A DNA stretch of 64,000 nt from Vulcanimicrobiota bacterium (GTDB lineage: Bacteria > Vulcanimicrobiota > Vulcanimicrobiia > Vulcanimicrobiales > Vulcanimicrobiaceae): assembly GCA_963723515.1 (NCBI GenBank), contig CAVRQT010000003.1, forward strand, positions 864,001 through 928,000, in the 5' to 3' direction. Within the stretch, counting starts at the first letter, position 1. Each line of letters starts with the position of its first letter. Position numbers and translations under genes: made by a program. The notes beneath the pieces were generated by a model, which saw only the letters and a list, made by a program, of their open reading frames with translations, did not search any database and was not told where the DNA came from. Of this stretch, positions 18,808-32,760 are shown one piece after another.

Positions 18808-20106
18808 CTAGCTTACGGGCTTAACGAAGACACGCGCGCCTTCGACTCGAGAGACGCGAATCGGCGTTCCAGCCGGAATGAAATCGCCCTCCGTCAGCAC
18901 ATCCACGCGCTTGCCTTCGATCGTGGCCACGCCCGCCGGGCGCAAGAACGATGACGCAACTCCCGATTGTCCGCGCAAGAACGTCAAGTCACGGCTCGTG
19001 ACGTAGTCGGGGCCTTGAACTGCGGCAAACGTCAGCCGGTTCATGAAGGCGTTCTCCGGCCAGTAGCGCGTAGCGAGCCAAAACAAAGCGACGGTCAAAA
19101 TGATCGCCGTCGAAATCGTTTGGATCGCGACGAAGAAAAACGGAATGCCGAAAGCCAAGAGCACGGCGAGCAAGAGCGCTATCCCGCCCAAGATCCCGGG
19201 CGCTCCGTGTCCGGGCACGACGTGCAACTCATAGAGAATCCCGAAGACGCCCAAGACAGCCAAACCGATGACAAGGCCATTGCTGAACCCCGCGTAGATA
19301 TGCGTCCCAAAGAACAGCGCAAACGCTAGCACGCCGATCAGTCCGGCGATGCCGTGCAGGGTTTGCATCTCGATCAGGAGCCCAAGCATTCCGATCGTCA
19401 AGAGCAAGCCGCTCACTTCGGGGCTGGTCGCGAAGCGCGCAACCTGCTCGCCGAACGAATACTCCGCGGTCGTCGTCGGCACGCCTTGCAAATGATAGTC
19501 GCGAAGCACGTCCGACATCGACATGTCAATCGAATCCGCGATGCGAGCGCGTTTTGCGTCGTCGGCTGTCAACGTGAGAATTGCGCCATGCTTCTTGTAA
19601 TCCGGAGCATCCGCGTTGACATCGACCATCGCAGCGGCAATTTTGGGATCGCGATGGTTACGCTGCGCGGTTGATTCAAACTCTGCGCGAAGGTAGGAAA
19701 CCGTCTTTACGGTCGTTGGAATCGGCTCGGCGGCGCCGATGCTTGCTCCGGGGGCCATCGCGATATGCTGGGCGCTCAGCGCGACGAGTGCGCCTGCGGA
19801 CGCCGCGCGCTCGGAGATGTAGGCGATCGTCGGCATGCGCGCTGTGAACATTGCATCGCGAATCTCAGTCCCTGCAGAGACAAGGCCACCGAACGTGTTG
19901 ATGTCGAGAACGATTGCACGCGCGCCGCTAGCGTTCGCATCTTGGACGGCACGTTGCACGAGATGCGCCATGCCCTCATCGATCGTGCCGTGAATCGGAA
20001 TGATGACGACCGAGTTTTGCTCCGCACCGCCACGACCTGAAAGCAGTAATCCGGCACAGCCGGCGGCGATGAGCCCGGCAAAGATGAGCCCGCGAAGGCG
20101 TAGCAC
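18808..20106 (-). CDS. NfeD-family membrane-bound serine protease
   Basis: INTFGG, AASAGA, SIGAAEP; C-terminal OB fold (LRPAG, V.RVEG). Start uncertain. Confidence 0.9.
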   Translation of the reverse strand: MLRLRGLIFAGLIAAGCAGLLLSGRGGAEQNSVVIIPIHGTIDEGMAHLVQRAVQDANASGARAIVLDINTFGGLVSAGTEIRDAMFTARMPTIAYISERAASAGALVALSAQHIAMAPGASIGAAEPIPTTVKTVSYLRAEFESTAQRNHRDPKIAAAMVDVNADAPDYKKHGAILTLTADDAKRARIADSIDMSMSDVLRDYHLQGVPTTTAEYSFGEQVARFATSPEVSGLLLTIGMLGLLIEMQTLHGIAGLIGVLAFALFFGTHIYAGFSNGLVIGLAVLGVFGILYELHVVPGHGAPGILGGIALLLAVLLAFGIPFFFVAIQTISTAIILTVALFWLATRYWPENAFMNRLTFAAVQGPDYVTSRDLTFLRGQSGVASSFLRPAGVATIEGKRVDVLTEGDFIPAGTPIRVSRVEGARVFVKPVS

Positions 20107-20146
20107 GGTCTTAGCTACTTTCGACCGCCTGCCAAAGTTGCATCGT

Positions 20147-20590
20147 CTAGCCGAGTTCCTCCGCAACGATTTGCCGGACCAGATTGCCGTCGGCTTGGCC
20201 CTTAAGCTGCGGCATGACGGTCTTCATCGCGGCGCCTTGATTCCGGCCCTCCGGTGGAATGTTTGTCAGCGCTGCGCGCACGATCTCGCGAATCTCCTCC
20301 GCGGATTTCTGCGCGGGCAGATACACGGTCAGAATATCGCGTTCGCGCTCTTCCTTAGATGCGAGGTCTTCGCGCTTCGCACGACGATACTCCGCGATCG
20401 AATCATTGCGCTGCTTTACCTGGCGCCGAACGACGTCGAGTTCATCCGCTTCGCTCAGCTCCTTGCCGGCTTCGGTTCGCTTGTACGTAAAACCAGAAAG
20501 GGCCGACCGCAATGTGTCGACCCGAAGTTGATCTCGCTTTCTCATGGCATCCTGCAGTTCGCTTTGGATGCGATCTTTGAGCGCCGCCAC
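20147..20590 (-). CDS. GatB/YqeY domain protein
   Basis: LK.RI...L..AM, K.R.DSI..Y....R.DL...E, YLPAQ.S, KG.ADG. Confidence 0.9.
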   Translation of the reverse strand: MAALKDRIQSELQDAMRKRDQLRVDTLRSALSGFTYKRTEAGKELSEADELDVVRRQVKQRNDSIAEYRRAKREDLASKEERERDILTVYLPAQKSAEEIREIVRAALTNIPPEGRNQGAAMKTVMPQLKGQADGNLVRQIVAEELG

Positions 20591-20594
20591 TACA

Positions 20595-20765
20595 CTAAGT
20601 GCGGCGTTTGCGTGCGGCTGCTGACTTCTTCTTACGGCGAACGCTGGGCTTCTCGTAGTGCTCGTGCTTGCGCGCCTCAGCCAAGACGCCGGCCTTCTGG
20701 GTGGCTTTCTTGAAACGGCGCAGCGCGCTCTCGATTGTCTCCCCCGGAGCAACGCGGACTTCCAT
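20595..20765 (-). CDS. rpsU: 30S ribosomal protein S21
   Basis: Translated by hand (below the ORF-track cutoff): [61 protein letters not shown] Shine-Dalgarno. Confidence 0.95.
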   Translation of the reverse strand: MEVRVAPGETIESALRRFKKATQKAGVLAEARKHEHYEKPSVRRKKKSAAARKRRT

Positions 20766-20792
20766 TCTTTACAACCCTCCCTTCAGCTCAAT

Positions 20793-20903
20793 CCTTCGAC
20801 AAGCTATAGGACCAGCTCGGAAAAGGATGCAAAAATCGGCCGGTGTTTTTGGGCCTTGCACACTTTAACACAGCGCGCGTCCCTTCGACAAGCGCAGGCG
20901 ATA
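20793..20903. repeat. two degenerate REP-like copies
   Basis: CCTTCGACAAGCT at 20793 and CCCTTCGACAAGCGCAGGCGATA at 20881. Confidence 0.6.
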
Positions 20904-20923
20904 GTGGCTGATGACCCGTTATT

Positions 20924-21280
20924 TTAACCAGGCGGCCAACGCATGTGCCGGCCGCCGAGCACATGGATGTGCAAATGGTCGACCGTCTGACCGCCTTGCG
21001 CTCCCTCATTGATCACAAGACGAAAACCGTCATGGCTTCCCGCGCGACCAATCTCTGCGGCTTTTTTGAACAGCGACGCAACATATTGCGGATCCGCCTG
21101 GTCGAGAAATGCGGAACCGTTCTTGGCATGTATCACCGGCAGGACGAGAACGTGCGTAGGCGCCTGCGGATTGACGTCTTCGATCGCGACGATGTGATCG
21201 TCCCTGAAGATTTCGCGTGCCGGAATTTCTCCGGCTATGATCTTACAGAAGATGCAGCCGGGCTCTTGTGGAGTCGCCAC
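20924..21280 (-). CDS. histidine triad nucleotide-binding protein (HinT)
   Basis: CIFCKI, PQAPTH, GGQTVDHLHIHVLGGR...WPPG. Confidence 0.95.
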   Translation of the reverse strand: MATPQEPGCIFCKIIAGEIPAREIFRDDHIVAIEDVNPQAPTHVLVLPVIHAKNGSAFLDQADPQYVASLFKKAAEIGRAGSHDGFRLVINEGAQGGQTVDHLHIHVLGGRHMRWPPG

Positions 21281-22857
21281 TATGCTTTCGGCTTCAGCAA
21301 CTCAAAGTTGATCGCAGTATCGGGGCGCGGTATGTAACCGCCAATCGAGGATTTGAACGCAACCGGCACCGTCGTATGAACGATTGGAACCGCCGGCACC
21401 TGGTCGAACACCATCGCATTTGCCTGCCGATAAATCGCCGCACGCTTCGCATCGTCCGGCGTCGCTTGTCCCGCGAGCATCAACTTGTGGAAGTTTGGAT
21501 CGCGCCAGAATGAATAGTTCTGCGCATTCGGTTTATGCGCGCTATCCTGATCGAGCAGCGGATAAAAGAAATTATCCGGATCACCGTTGTCACCGGACCA
21601 GCCGATCAAGCACATCGGGTGCTCGCCGTTTCGAATTTTGCTCAAGAAGACGCCCCATTCGAACGGCGCCAGCGTGACGGTGATTCCGACGGCCTTCAAA
21701 TCGGCCTGAATCGCCTCGGCGATGCGTTGCGGCTCGGGCATGTACGGCCGCGGCGCGGTCGGATAGTAGAGTTGCGTTGAAAAATTCGCCGCGCCCGCTT
21801 GCGCAACCAGCGACCGAGCTCGCGCCGGATCGAAGGCATAATGCTTCACCGACGGATTCGCGCCCAGCATCTTCGGCGGCGTCCAATTGTCGGCCACGAT
21901 TGCGCCTTGGCTATAGAAAGCGTGAACGATCTGAGGCACGTTCATCGCGTAGGCAATCGCCCGTCGTACCTCAAGTTTTTGAAACGGCGCCTTCTCCAAG
22001 TTCATCGCGACGTAGGAGTTGTTATTACTCGGTTGTTGGTAAATCGTGATGCCCTTTTGCTTTGCAAGCTGCGCCGCATCGTCCGGGCGCGGATCCGTCA
22101 AGACGTCGACGTCACCTTTTTGCAAGGAGAGGACGCTCGTCGCTTGGTCTGGGATATCGCGAATGATGATCGTTGTGTATGCCGGTTTGGTCGTCCATTT
22201 AAAGAGCGGATTCTCTTGCAGCGTGATGTGGTCGTCCTTGACCCATTCCGCTACGGTGTACGGGCCGTAACCGACCGGTTGTTGAGCGAACGCCTCGTGC
22301 GAAGCGCGAATCGCCGTCGGCGATCCGATCGCGAACGACGGCATTGCGACATCATGCAAGAACGGCGCGAGCGGCCTCGCCAGCGTAAAAGTTACCGTCG
22401 TTGCGTTCGGCGCCCAAACGTCCGCGATGATGCCGGGGAAACCGCCGAACATCGCGGCGTAATATTGGTACGTGTCGTTGCCGTGGTTCGGATTGTTCGG
22501 CAAGCGCCAACGGTCGAAATTCCACTTCACGGCGCCCGCATCAACCGGCGTTCCGTCCGAGAACTTCAGGCCTTTTCGCAGCGTGAAAGTCCACCGTCTG
22601 CCGTCGGGCGATGATTTCCAACTTTGCGCCAGCGCCGGCTCGATGTCAAAGCTGCCGGGTTTGAAGCGCACGAGGCCCCACAGCACCTCTTGCGTCAAGT
22701 TCAGAGAAAGACCGTCAGTCGCTTGCGCCGGATCGAGGATCACGGCATCTTTGACACGGGCGACCACGAGCGTTGAAGCGCCGTTGCCACCCGCGCTGCC
22801 TCCGCCGCCGCAACCGGCTAACGTCAAAACGAAGACCAGCGCGATCGCAAATCTCAT
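21280..22857 (-). CDS. ABC transporter family 5 (DppA-like) substrate-binding lipoprotein
   Basis: LAGC lipobox, P.LA.SW, F.LR.G.KFSDG, GWSGDNGDPDNF. Confidence 0.92.
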   Translation of the reverse strand: MRFAIALVFVLTLAGCGGGGSAGGNGASTLVVARVKDAVILDPAQATDGLSLNLTQEVLWGLVRFKPGSFDIEPALAQSWKSSPDGRRWTFTLRKGLKFSDGTPVDAGAVKWNFDRWRLPNNPNHGNDTYQYYAAMFGGFPGIIADVWAPNATTVTFTLARPLAPFLHDVAMPSFAIGSPTAIRASHEAFAQQPVGYGPYTVAEWVKDDHITLQENPLFKWTTKPAYTTIIIRDIPDQATSVLSLQKGDVDVLTDPRPDDAAQLAKQKGITIYQQPSNNNSYVAMNLEKAPFQKLEVRRAIAYAMNVPQIVHAFYSQGAIVADNWTPPKMLGANPSVKHYAFDPARARSLVAQAGAANFSTQLYYPTAPRPYMPEPQRIAEAIQADLKAVGITVTLAPFEWGVFLSKIRNGEHPMCLIGWSGDNGDPDNFFYPLLDQDSAHKPNAQNYSFWRDPNFHKLMLAGQATPDDAKRAAIYRQANAMVFDQVPAVPIVHTTVPVAFKSSIGGYIPRPDTAINFELLKPKA

Positions 22858-22861
22858 CTTC

Positions 22862-24337
22862 TTAATGCATTCTGACGGTGAACGTCCAACTCTTCGAAGT
22901 CGAATTGCCTGCCGCGTCCCCCACGCGTACCATCACGCGAACCGGCCCATCTCCATATGTAGACAACGGATGGTATTCGATAAATTTCGTCGTTCGCGTG
23001 CTGCTTGCGGTCACATCGTGGCCGTTCACGACCAAGACGATGCTTGAAGCGCTGATCGGAACCGCACCGGCGGTAAATGTCGCGTAGATGCTGGGCTGCG
23101 GATTGTTGACGGTCTGTCCTTGCTCCGGCGCGATGTCACCAACGCCGGGCGGCAAACTTGAGGCGGAGATCTCGCCCATCGATTGCGCCGTCGGCGCTTG
23201 CGTGCCGTGGACGTTCAAATGCCCGAAGATTGGAGCGGCCGCGAAATTTGCGCCCCGCGGAATCGTGTAGCGTGCGGTGTAGGTTCCAGGCGAGGTTTCC
23301 CTGAGCGGTAAGCCCGCGAAATACGCACCGACGTCATAGGTCGCCTCTCCACCCGGCGTGCCTTTCATCAGAATCGAAAACGAATCGCCTTGCCGCAGCG
23401 GATGGCTCACCGAAGGTTCGATCGATTCGATCTCGACAAACCCGGCTGCGACCATTCCCGTGGGCGCTCTGCGCGTAGCGATTATTTCACGGACTTCAGA
23501 GGATTCCAGATTGTAGCGAACATCAACATCATCGCCGACCTGCAAATCGCTCGTGTGCGCTCCCTGCCCGTTGAGCGAGAGCGCGGTCACGCCGCTCGGG
23601 ACGATCACTTGACCATCGTTCAACAAGATCGTGCTGCCGCTCAGCGCAGCGATCTTTCCACGTGAGGAAGCGAAGGAGTCGACGACGCGATCGATCGAGC
23701 CGTCTTTGCGCACGGATATCTTCGCATAATCTCCGACATGAACGCTTTCCAGGGAACCCGGAACCGTCGTATTCGCAGCAACATCAGTGATCAAAAAATG
23801 AGCGCCAGGTGAGATGCGCAGCGTCTTGACGGATGCCCCGCTCGTTACGGTGATCGAGGGCGGCCGCGAATCGTTGTCCACCGCTTGCACCTCGCCCGTG
23901 TATTCGCGCGCGCCGCCGGAAACGGAAACGAGGCTTGAATGTCCGACCGAACCGGAGATGATCTCGACTTTATTTCCGCGCCGATCGTATTCGGCGCTGG
24001 CACCCAAACCTTCACTAAAGAAGCGCAGCGGCGCGTACAGAACGCCCTTGAGCTCCGAGCCGGATGTCAACGTGATCGTTCGGTCGCCGGCTTGGGTCGT
24101 GATCGACTTGCCGCGCTGGTCGAAGGGCAGTCCCAACGCGTCGAGAATTCGCCTGACCGGCACGAGCAACCGTCCGCCCACAAAACGCGGCGGCGGTTCA
24201 ACGTTGAGCGGCGCACCGTTGATCGAAACGGCGATTTCGTTCGGCGACGGCGCCGCATGATGACCGGTCTTCGCAATCGCCGGAAAATGCGCGATCGCGA
24301 CGATCGAAACGGCAATGCCAAGAGCTCGTAAGCTCAC
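22862..24337 (-). CDS. secreted protein with copper-amine-oxidase N-terminal (stalk) domain and beta-rich modules
   Basis: Signal peptide; GR.LVP.R.I..ALG and Y.PLRF.SE.LGA; OB-like and Ig-like C-terminal segments. Confidence 0.75.
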   Translation of the reverse strand: MSLRALGIAVSIVAIAHFPAIAKTGHHAAPSPNEIAVSINGAPLNVEPPPRFVGGRLLVPVRRILDALGLPFDQRGKSITTQAGDRTITLTSGSELKGVLYAPLRFFSEGLGASAEYDRRGNKVEIISGSVGHSSLVSVSGGAREYTGEVQAVDNDSRPPSITVTSGASVKTLRISPGAHFLITDVAANTTVPGSLESVHVGDYAKISVRKDGSIDRVVDSFASSRGKIAALSGSTILLNDGQVIVPSGVTALSLNGQGAHTSDLQVGDDVDVRYNLESSEVREIIATRRAPTGMVAAGFVEIESIEPSVSHPLRQGDSFSILMKGTPGGEATYDVGAYFAGLPLRETSPGTYTARYTIPRGANFAAAPIFGHLNVHGTQAPTAQSMGEISASSLPPGVGDIAPEQGQTVNNPQPSIYATFTAGAVPISASSIVLVVNGHDVTASSTRTTKFIEYHPLSTYGDGPVRVMVRVGDAAGNSTSKSWTFTVRMH

Positions 24338-25370
24338 CTTTGCTCCTCCAAAACCTCACGATAGACATCCGCAGTAGCGCGCGCACAACGATCCCACGTC
24401 AGAAATTGCGCACGGGCACGACCTTCATTGACGAGAGCAGTCCGCAGCCCCTCGTCCTCAATCAGCCACTCCATGCGCGTGCGAAGCGCGCCGGCATCAC
24501 GAGGCGGAAACGTCAGGAGACGCGTCTCTAAGACTGCGGGCACCGCATCCTCGCATGCGATGACCGCAGTCCGCGACGCCATTGCCTCTACGATCGGCAA
24601 GCCGAACCCTTCACGCAATGAAGGATGAACGAGCGCACGCGCGCCGGCATAGAGCGGCGGCAACTCTTCGGGCCGCACTTCGCCGAGAAAGACGATCCGG
24701 CGCGACGGCCGTTGCCATTTGATGAGCTGCATATCGAGATCGTTGTGGCCGGTTAAATAGAGATCGAACTCATAACGTTCGGGCAAGCCGGCCCACGCCT
24801 CAAAGAGCGTGGGCAAATCTTTGTGCGCGCGATGGTTTCCAACGTAGAGAAAATAGGGACGCGGCGCCGCTCGAGGCGTGGCCTCCCTCAAGAAACGGTC
24901 TTCGACACCGAGCGGGACGACGCGAACGCGTGAACGCTCAACCTTCAAGAAACGCTCGAGATCGAAAACGGTCCGCTCATCGTCCGTGATCACGCGGGCC
25001 GCTCGGCGTGCCAAGAACTTCACAGCGGTGCGATAGTACGGACCCACTTTTGCCTTGAAGAACTGCGGAAAGCGCAGATGGATCAGGTCGTGAATCGTCA
25101 CGATGTATGGCCGCGGCGCAAGAACCGGTGCGTAGAACGAAAGGAAGTGCGCCAAGTCGATGCGCGCTTTACGCATCGCTCGCGGCAACGCAACGTGCTC
25201 TGCTAAACCAAAGTTCTTGCCCTCTTCGAACGTGACGAATTCGAATTCGGGCGCCACTTGCGGCAGCCGAGCGGCGAGTTCAATCGCATAGCGCTTCATT
25301 CCGACCGACATCTGACGAGTCAAGCGGCGATCGAGCCCAACTCTGGTCCTGAGCGCGCTCGAAGGAGCTT

Positions 25371-25374
<4 letters not shown>
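24334..25374 (-). CDS. glycosyltransferase family 4
   Basis: TIHDL, LYVG...HK, PS..EGFGLP.VEAMA, TWDRCA. Confidence 0.92.
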
Positions 25375-27782
<2,408 letters not shown>

Positions 27783-27786
27783 TTAT

Positions 27787-28661
27787 TCAGCGCTGCGCGT
27801 AGCACGGCCTGTTCTCAACCGCGATGAAGCGCTCGAGCTGCGCGTAATCGCGATGCACGGCGATGTGCGCTTGCGGGAAGTGTCGCCGGCACAAAAACGA
27901 GAGTTCGCTCATCACAGGCGGGGCCGCTTCAAGCAGCACAGCGCTTCCGGCGCGAGCAGAGCATGCAACTGCGGCATCAGGCGCCGGTACAGCTCCAGCC
28001 CGTCGGCTCCGCCATCGAGCGCGCCACGCGGCTCAACGGCCGTCGGATCGGGCGCTCGCGGCAACTCTGATGTAGGCACGTACGGCAGATTTGCAACCAC
28101 GCACGCATACTGTTGACCGTGCACCGGTGCGATCAGGTCGCCGGCAAAGAATTCGCATCGTCGATCAACGCTGAGCCGCATCGCGTTCTTTCGCGCGACG
28201 CCGATGGCCGCAGTACTGATATCCGTCGCATAAACGGTGACTTGCGGCAATGCTGATGCAATTGCGCACGCGATTGCGCCGCTGCCGGTGCCGATGTCGA
28301 GCACCTTGACTTCTTCGCCGTCGCCGCCGGCGCGATTGCGCAAGAATTTTACGCGGCTTCAACAAGATGCTCGGTCTCCGGGCGCGGGATGAGCACATCT
28401 TCATTGACATCGTACATCGCGCCGAAGAAGCCGGACCTGCCCGTAATATACGCGATCGGAACGCCAGATCGCCGTTTTTCAACGGCTTTAACAAGTCGCT
28501 CTCGCTCCTTTTCGGAGAGCGTCGCTGAATCGTTGGCAATCAACTCCGACGAGGTTTGACCCAGTACGTGCTCGAGCAAACGGTAGGCATCTATCCGCAC
28601 GGAAGCGCTCGTGCGCGCGCAGGTCGCTGATCGCCCACTGAAGCGCCTCTCTTATTGTCAT
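27787..28661 (-). CDS. prmC: release factor glutamine methyltransferase (multiple frameshifts)
   Basis: P.AYITG, VLIPRPETE, LDIGTGSG, ANLPY, ALDGG.DGL; follows prfA. Confidence 0.9.
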
Positions 28662-28702
28662 GCGGGTAGTCGAACTAGCGTCATCATCTAGTCAAACGCT
28701 GT

Positions 28703-28798
28703 GTCCCGGTGTCATGCTGAGCCTAGCCTGCACTGAGCGGCGTCGAATGTGACATTACGCTAAGTCATGCTTCGACAAGCTCAGCATGACACTGGGAC
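28703..28798. repeat. REPIN-like element (inverted REP pair)
   Basis: GTCCCGGTGTCATGCTGAGC ... GCTCAGCATGACACTGGGAC, a 20-bp inverted repeat with one mismatch, between prfA and prmC. Confidence 0.8.
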
Positions 28799-28832
28799 TC
28801 CGCCGAAGATAACGATTTCGTACCGTCATCAT

Positions 28833-29917
28833 TTAAGCCGCGCCTTCTTCGCCGGCGAGCAGACGAGCGCGCTCGTCTTTCTGCAGCTCCTCAATGATGT
28901 GACCGATATTGCCTTCCATCACACCGCGCAGATTGCCGAAGCTTTGGTTGAGACGATGGTCCGTGATGCGATCTTGCGGAAAGTTGTACGTGCGAATCTT
29001 CTCGGAGCGATCGCCGGTGCCAACTTGTGAGCGACGCATCGAGCCGACCGCTTCTTGCGCCTCGCGACGTTTGCGATCGTACAGAACGCTACGCAGCATC
29101 TGCATCGCGCGCGACGCGATTCTGGAGTTGCGACCGCTCCTCGCTGCAGGCAACGACGATTCCCGTCGGTACGTGCGTGATGCGTACGCGCTCTCCGTTT
29201 TATTAACGTGCTGCCCGCCCGCACCACTGGCTTTGAAGGTGTCGATCTCGAGATCTTTCGGGTCGATCTCGAACTTCGCCGTGTCTTCCTCGATGAGGGG
29301 CAGCACGGCGACGGTCGCCGTGCTCGTATGGACGCGGCCCGCGGCTTCTGTGACCGGAACACGTTGCACGCGATGGACGCCGGATTCATGTTTGAAATCT
29401 TTGTACGGCGCGTGGCCCTTGACGGCGAAGACGATCTCTTTGTAACCGGCTGACTCGCTTTCGCTCATCGACACCGTCTCGGTCTTCATCTTCTGCGACT
29501 CGGCGTAGCGCATGTACATTCGCGCCAGATCGGCAGCGAAGATGCTCGCTTCGTCCCCCCGGCACCCGCGCGAACCTCGATGAAGACGTCTCGCTCGTCG
29601 TTCGGGTCTTTGGGTACGAGCAGCGCCTGCAATTGCTGCTCGATCGTTCGCTGGCGGTCCCGCAAAATGCGGTCTTCTTCTTGCGCCAGCGCTCGGAGCT
29701 CCGGATCGTCGGTTTCGCGCAGCAATTCCGCATTGGCGTCGATCGCTTCGCGCGTCGCTTTGTAGTTACGGTACGTCTCGACCGATTCTTCCAGCGCAGT
29801 GCGTTCTTTGGCTAGCGCCGTAACGCGCGCCTGATCGTACTCGCCGGGATGTGCGAGCTCCGCCTCGATCTCTTCGAAGCGTTTGAGCGTCGTCTCTAAC
29901 CGTTCATATCGATCCAT
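28833..29917 (-). CDS. prfA: peptide chain release factor 1 (frameshifted in assembly)
   Basis: [20 protein letters not shown] (PxT = RF1), [26 protein letters not shown]. Confidence 0.95.
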
Positions 29918-29974
29918 AATAATAAGAAAAACGAGCTGCGCATGCGCAACCCGCTCCCTCGAACACTGGCCGCG

Positions 29975-30247
29975 TTACAGCGCGGTTTCGGCTGTTTTTT
30001 GCTCCTTGCGCGCTTTGCGCTCCGCCGCTTCTTCCTGCTTGCGGCGAGCCGAGGCGACGCGCTGGTTGAACTTATCGACACGTCCTGCCGTATCGACGAA
30101 TTTCTGTTGTCCCGTGAAGAGCGGGTGGCACGACGAGCAGATCTCGACCGCGATCTCCGGCACGGTCGAACCGGCGACAAAGGTGTTGCCGCAGGCGCAG
30201 TGGACCCGTGCTTCTGGGTACCATTTCGGGTGAATCTTCGCTTTCAC
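29975..30247 (-). CDS. rpmE: 50S ribosomal protein L31 (Zn-binding type)
   Basis: MK..IHP, CACG, CSSCHP.FTG.Q, GRVDKF. Confidence 0.97.
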   Translation of the reverse strand: MKAKIHPKWYPEARVHCACGNTFVAGSTVPEIAVEICSSCHPLFTGQQKFVDTAGRVDKFNQRVASARRKQEEAAERKARKEQKTAETAL

Positions 30248-30256
30248 AGCTCCCCC

Positions 30257-30265
30257 ATTGTAACA
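30257..30265 (-). promoter_or_regulatory. candidate extended -10 promoter TGTTACAAT of rpmE
   Basis: TGn-TACAAT just upstream of GGGGGAG and the GTG start. Confidence 0.45.
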
Positions 30266-30394
30266 GACGGCGCAACCCGGGCCCCGCTAACGGGCAAGGC
30301 GCGGTGGGGTAATCAGAGCAAGCGGCGTATCCACAGCGCTGCCCGAAGATAAACCGCGAAGACTCCGACTGGAAAACCACGGAGGCCGACCTAA

Positions 30395-30917
30395 GTGAAC
30401 CGTAACTTCTTTCCGCTCCTCATTGCCGCCATCGTCTTGGCGCCGTTTGCTGCACTCGCTCAAACGTACCCGCCCACCGGGCCGCAGCCGCAGGTTCAGA
30501 CACGAGCCGAGTCCGGATGCGACGCCTACGCCCGATCCGAATCGCAAGGGCCTTGATGGCGTTTGGGAAGTTCAGATTCAACATCAAGACGGCTCAACGA
30601 CGTACGACCATTTCCAACTGAAACAATCCGGCAACGCGATCAGCGGCCAGTTTCTCGATAACGAGCACAACAATAAGAAGTATCCCGTCACCGGTTCACT
30701 CGACGCAAAGACGATCCACCTTGTTGTGACGCGCGATGACGGTTCAACGATGGTCTTCAACGGAACGGTCGACGGCACGACCGACATGGTCGGCATGATG
30801 CAAGACGGCGCGCAATCGATTGCGTTTACGGCAGCGTACCGGCCGAAGTATCGCTTCATCGACACGATCTCGCCGGTGCCCGGCGGCATCGGCGGAGGAA
30901 CGCTCACCCCGCCTTAG
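30395..30917 (+). CDS. secreted hypothetical beta-barrel protein (frameshift near 30500)
   Basis: Signal peptide MNRNFFPLLIAAIVLAPFAALA after a GGAGG Shine-Dalgarno; LDGVWEV, LKQSGN.ISG in the next frame. Confidence 0.7.
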
Positions 30918-31470
30918 GGTTTAGTCTTTGGCCGGAGCTTGTCCCGAACCGGGTTGAAGGGCCGCTTGCTCGCGCGAGCCGCTGCTCCACATAGGCCTGA
31001 AGACCACCGGCGTCGATCAGCGATTGCATGAACGGCGGAAATGCGGCGGCTTGATATTCGCGGCCACGCGTCTTGTTTCGAATCATGCCGCTCGCCGGTT
31101 CGATCTCAATCTCATCGCCTGACGCAATGTCCTCGACGGCTTGTGGACTTTCAAAGATCGGCAGGCCGATGTTCAGTGCGTTGCGGTAAAAAATCCGCGC
31201 GAAACTCTTCGCGATGACACCGGACACGCCGGCACCTTTGATCGCGATCGGCGCAACTTCACGACTCGAGCCGCAGCCAAAATTCGTCTCGGCCACGATC
31301 AAATCGCCCGGCTGCACTTTGGATGAAAACTCCGGATCAAGTCCCTCGAGCGCATGTTTGCCGAGTTCGGCCGGATCCGTGATGCTGCAATACTTCCCCG
31401 GAATGATGACGTCGGTGTCGACGTTCTTGCCGTAACGGTGCGCGTGCCCGGCTAATGTCTTTGCGGCCAT
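30904..31470 (-). CDS. leuD: 3-isopropylmalate dehydratase / homoaconitase-family small subunit
   Basis: NVDTDVIIP, NFGCGSSRE.A, SFARIFYRN..NIGLP. Confidence 0.88.
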   Translation of the reverse strand: MAAKTLAGHAHRYGKNVDTDVIIPGKYCSITDPAELGKHALEGLDPEFSSKVQPGDLIVAETNFGCGSSREVAPIAIKGAGVSGVIAKSFARIFYRNALNIGLPIFESPQAVEDIASGDEIEIEPASGMIRNKTRGREYQAAAFPPFMQSLIDAGGLQAYVEQRLARASGPSTRFGTSSGQRLNPKAG

Positions 31471-31477
31471 GGTTCTC

Positions 31478-32760
31478 CTAAACGGCTACCAATGAAAGCG
31501 TGCGCGGATCGGTGATCTTTCCGGCCAGTGCCGATGCGGCGCAGGTCGCCGGCGAAGCAAGGTAGATCTCCGCCTTAGGCGATCCCATCCGGCCGACGTA
31601 ATTGCGGTTCGTCGTCGAGATACAGCGCTCGCCGTCGCCGAGCGTTCCCATGTGGCCACCGAAGCACGCTCCGCAACCCGGCGTATTGACCGCGCAACCA
31701 GCGGCGACGAGCGTCTTGAGAATTCCCTCGTCCGCAGCTTGCATGTAGACTTTCTGCGAACCGGGATTGACGATCACGCGCAACGACGGCGCGATTCGCT
31801 TGCCCTCGAAGAATGCGCGCGACGATCCGCAAGTCTTCGATATATCCGTTCGTGCACGAACCGATGAAGACTTGATCGACCGCGACATCCTCTTTGACGT
31901 CGCTGATTGGATGAACGTTCTCGGGCAGATGCGGAAAAGCGATTTGCGGTTCAAGTGCGCCGATATCGATCTCAACGACGCGCTCGTACTGCGCATCCGG
32001 GTCCGCCTTCTCGATCGTAAACGGGCGATCTGTCCGCTCTTTCACGTATGCGATCGTCTTTTCGTCAGCGTGAAAGATGCCGTTCTTTGCACCGCACTCG
32101 ATCGCCATATTGGCCATCGTGATACGGCCTGTGATCGAAAGTTCGTCGACCGTTGTCCCGTGATACTCGATGGCGCGATAGGTTGCGCCGTCGATGCCAA
32201 GCGTGCCGACGGTCTTGAGCATGATATCTTTGGCGTAAACCATCGTCCCGGGGCGTGCCGCTATAGACGAGCTTGATCGATGCCGGCACCTTGAGCCAAA
32301 CTTCGCCAAGCGCGAACGCGGCTGCGACATCGGTAGATCCCATTCCCGTGGCGAAGGCGCCGAACGCTCCGTACGTGCAGGTATGTGAATCACCGCCAAC
32401 GATCAGCTCGCCAGGCGCAACGAGACCCTCTTCAGGCAATACGACGTGTTCGATTCCACCGCGACCCACGTCGAAGAAATTTTCGATCTGCTGTTCGGCG
32501 GCGAATTCTTTCATCAACTGCGCGAGTTTCGCGGATTGCGCGTTATTTGCCGGAACGAAGTGATCTTCAACGAGCGCAATCTTCGAGTGGTCGAAGACTC
32601 TTGTCGCGCCCTTGAGGTTTCGGAATGCAGCAATTGCGACCGCGGCCGAGAGTTCGTTCGCCAAGACGAGATCGACTTTGGCGTTGATGATTTCGCCAGG
32701 GGAGACTCGATCAAGGCCCGCGTGGCGCGCGAGAATTTTTTCGGTGAGCGTCATGCCCAT
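31478..32760 (-). CDS. leuC: 3-isopropylmalate dehydratase / homoaconitase-family large subunit (two frameshifts)
   Basis: TLTEKIL, DSHTCTYGA, GSCTNG, CGACFG, STTNRNY.GRMG. Confidence 0.88.

Noticed and set aside
28833..29917. Programmed +1 frameshift as in prfB
   Set aside because: The PVT motif and rpmE-prfA-prmC context identify RF1; there are several breaks and no CTT-TGA slippery site near the 5' end.
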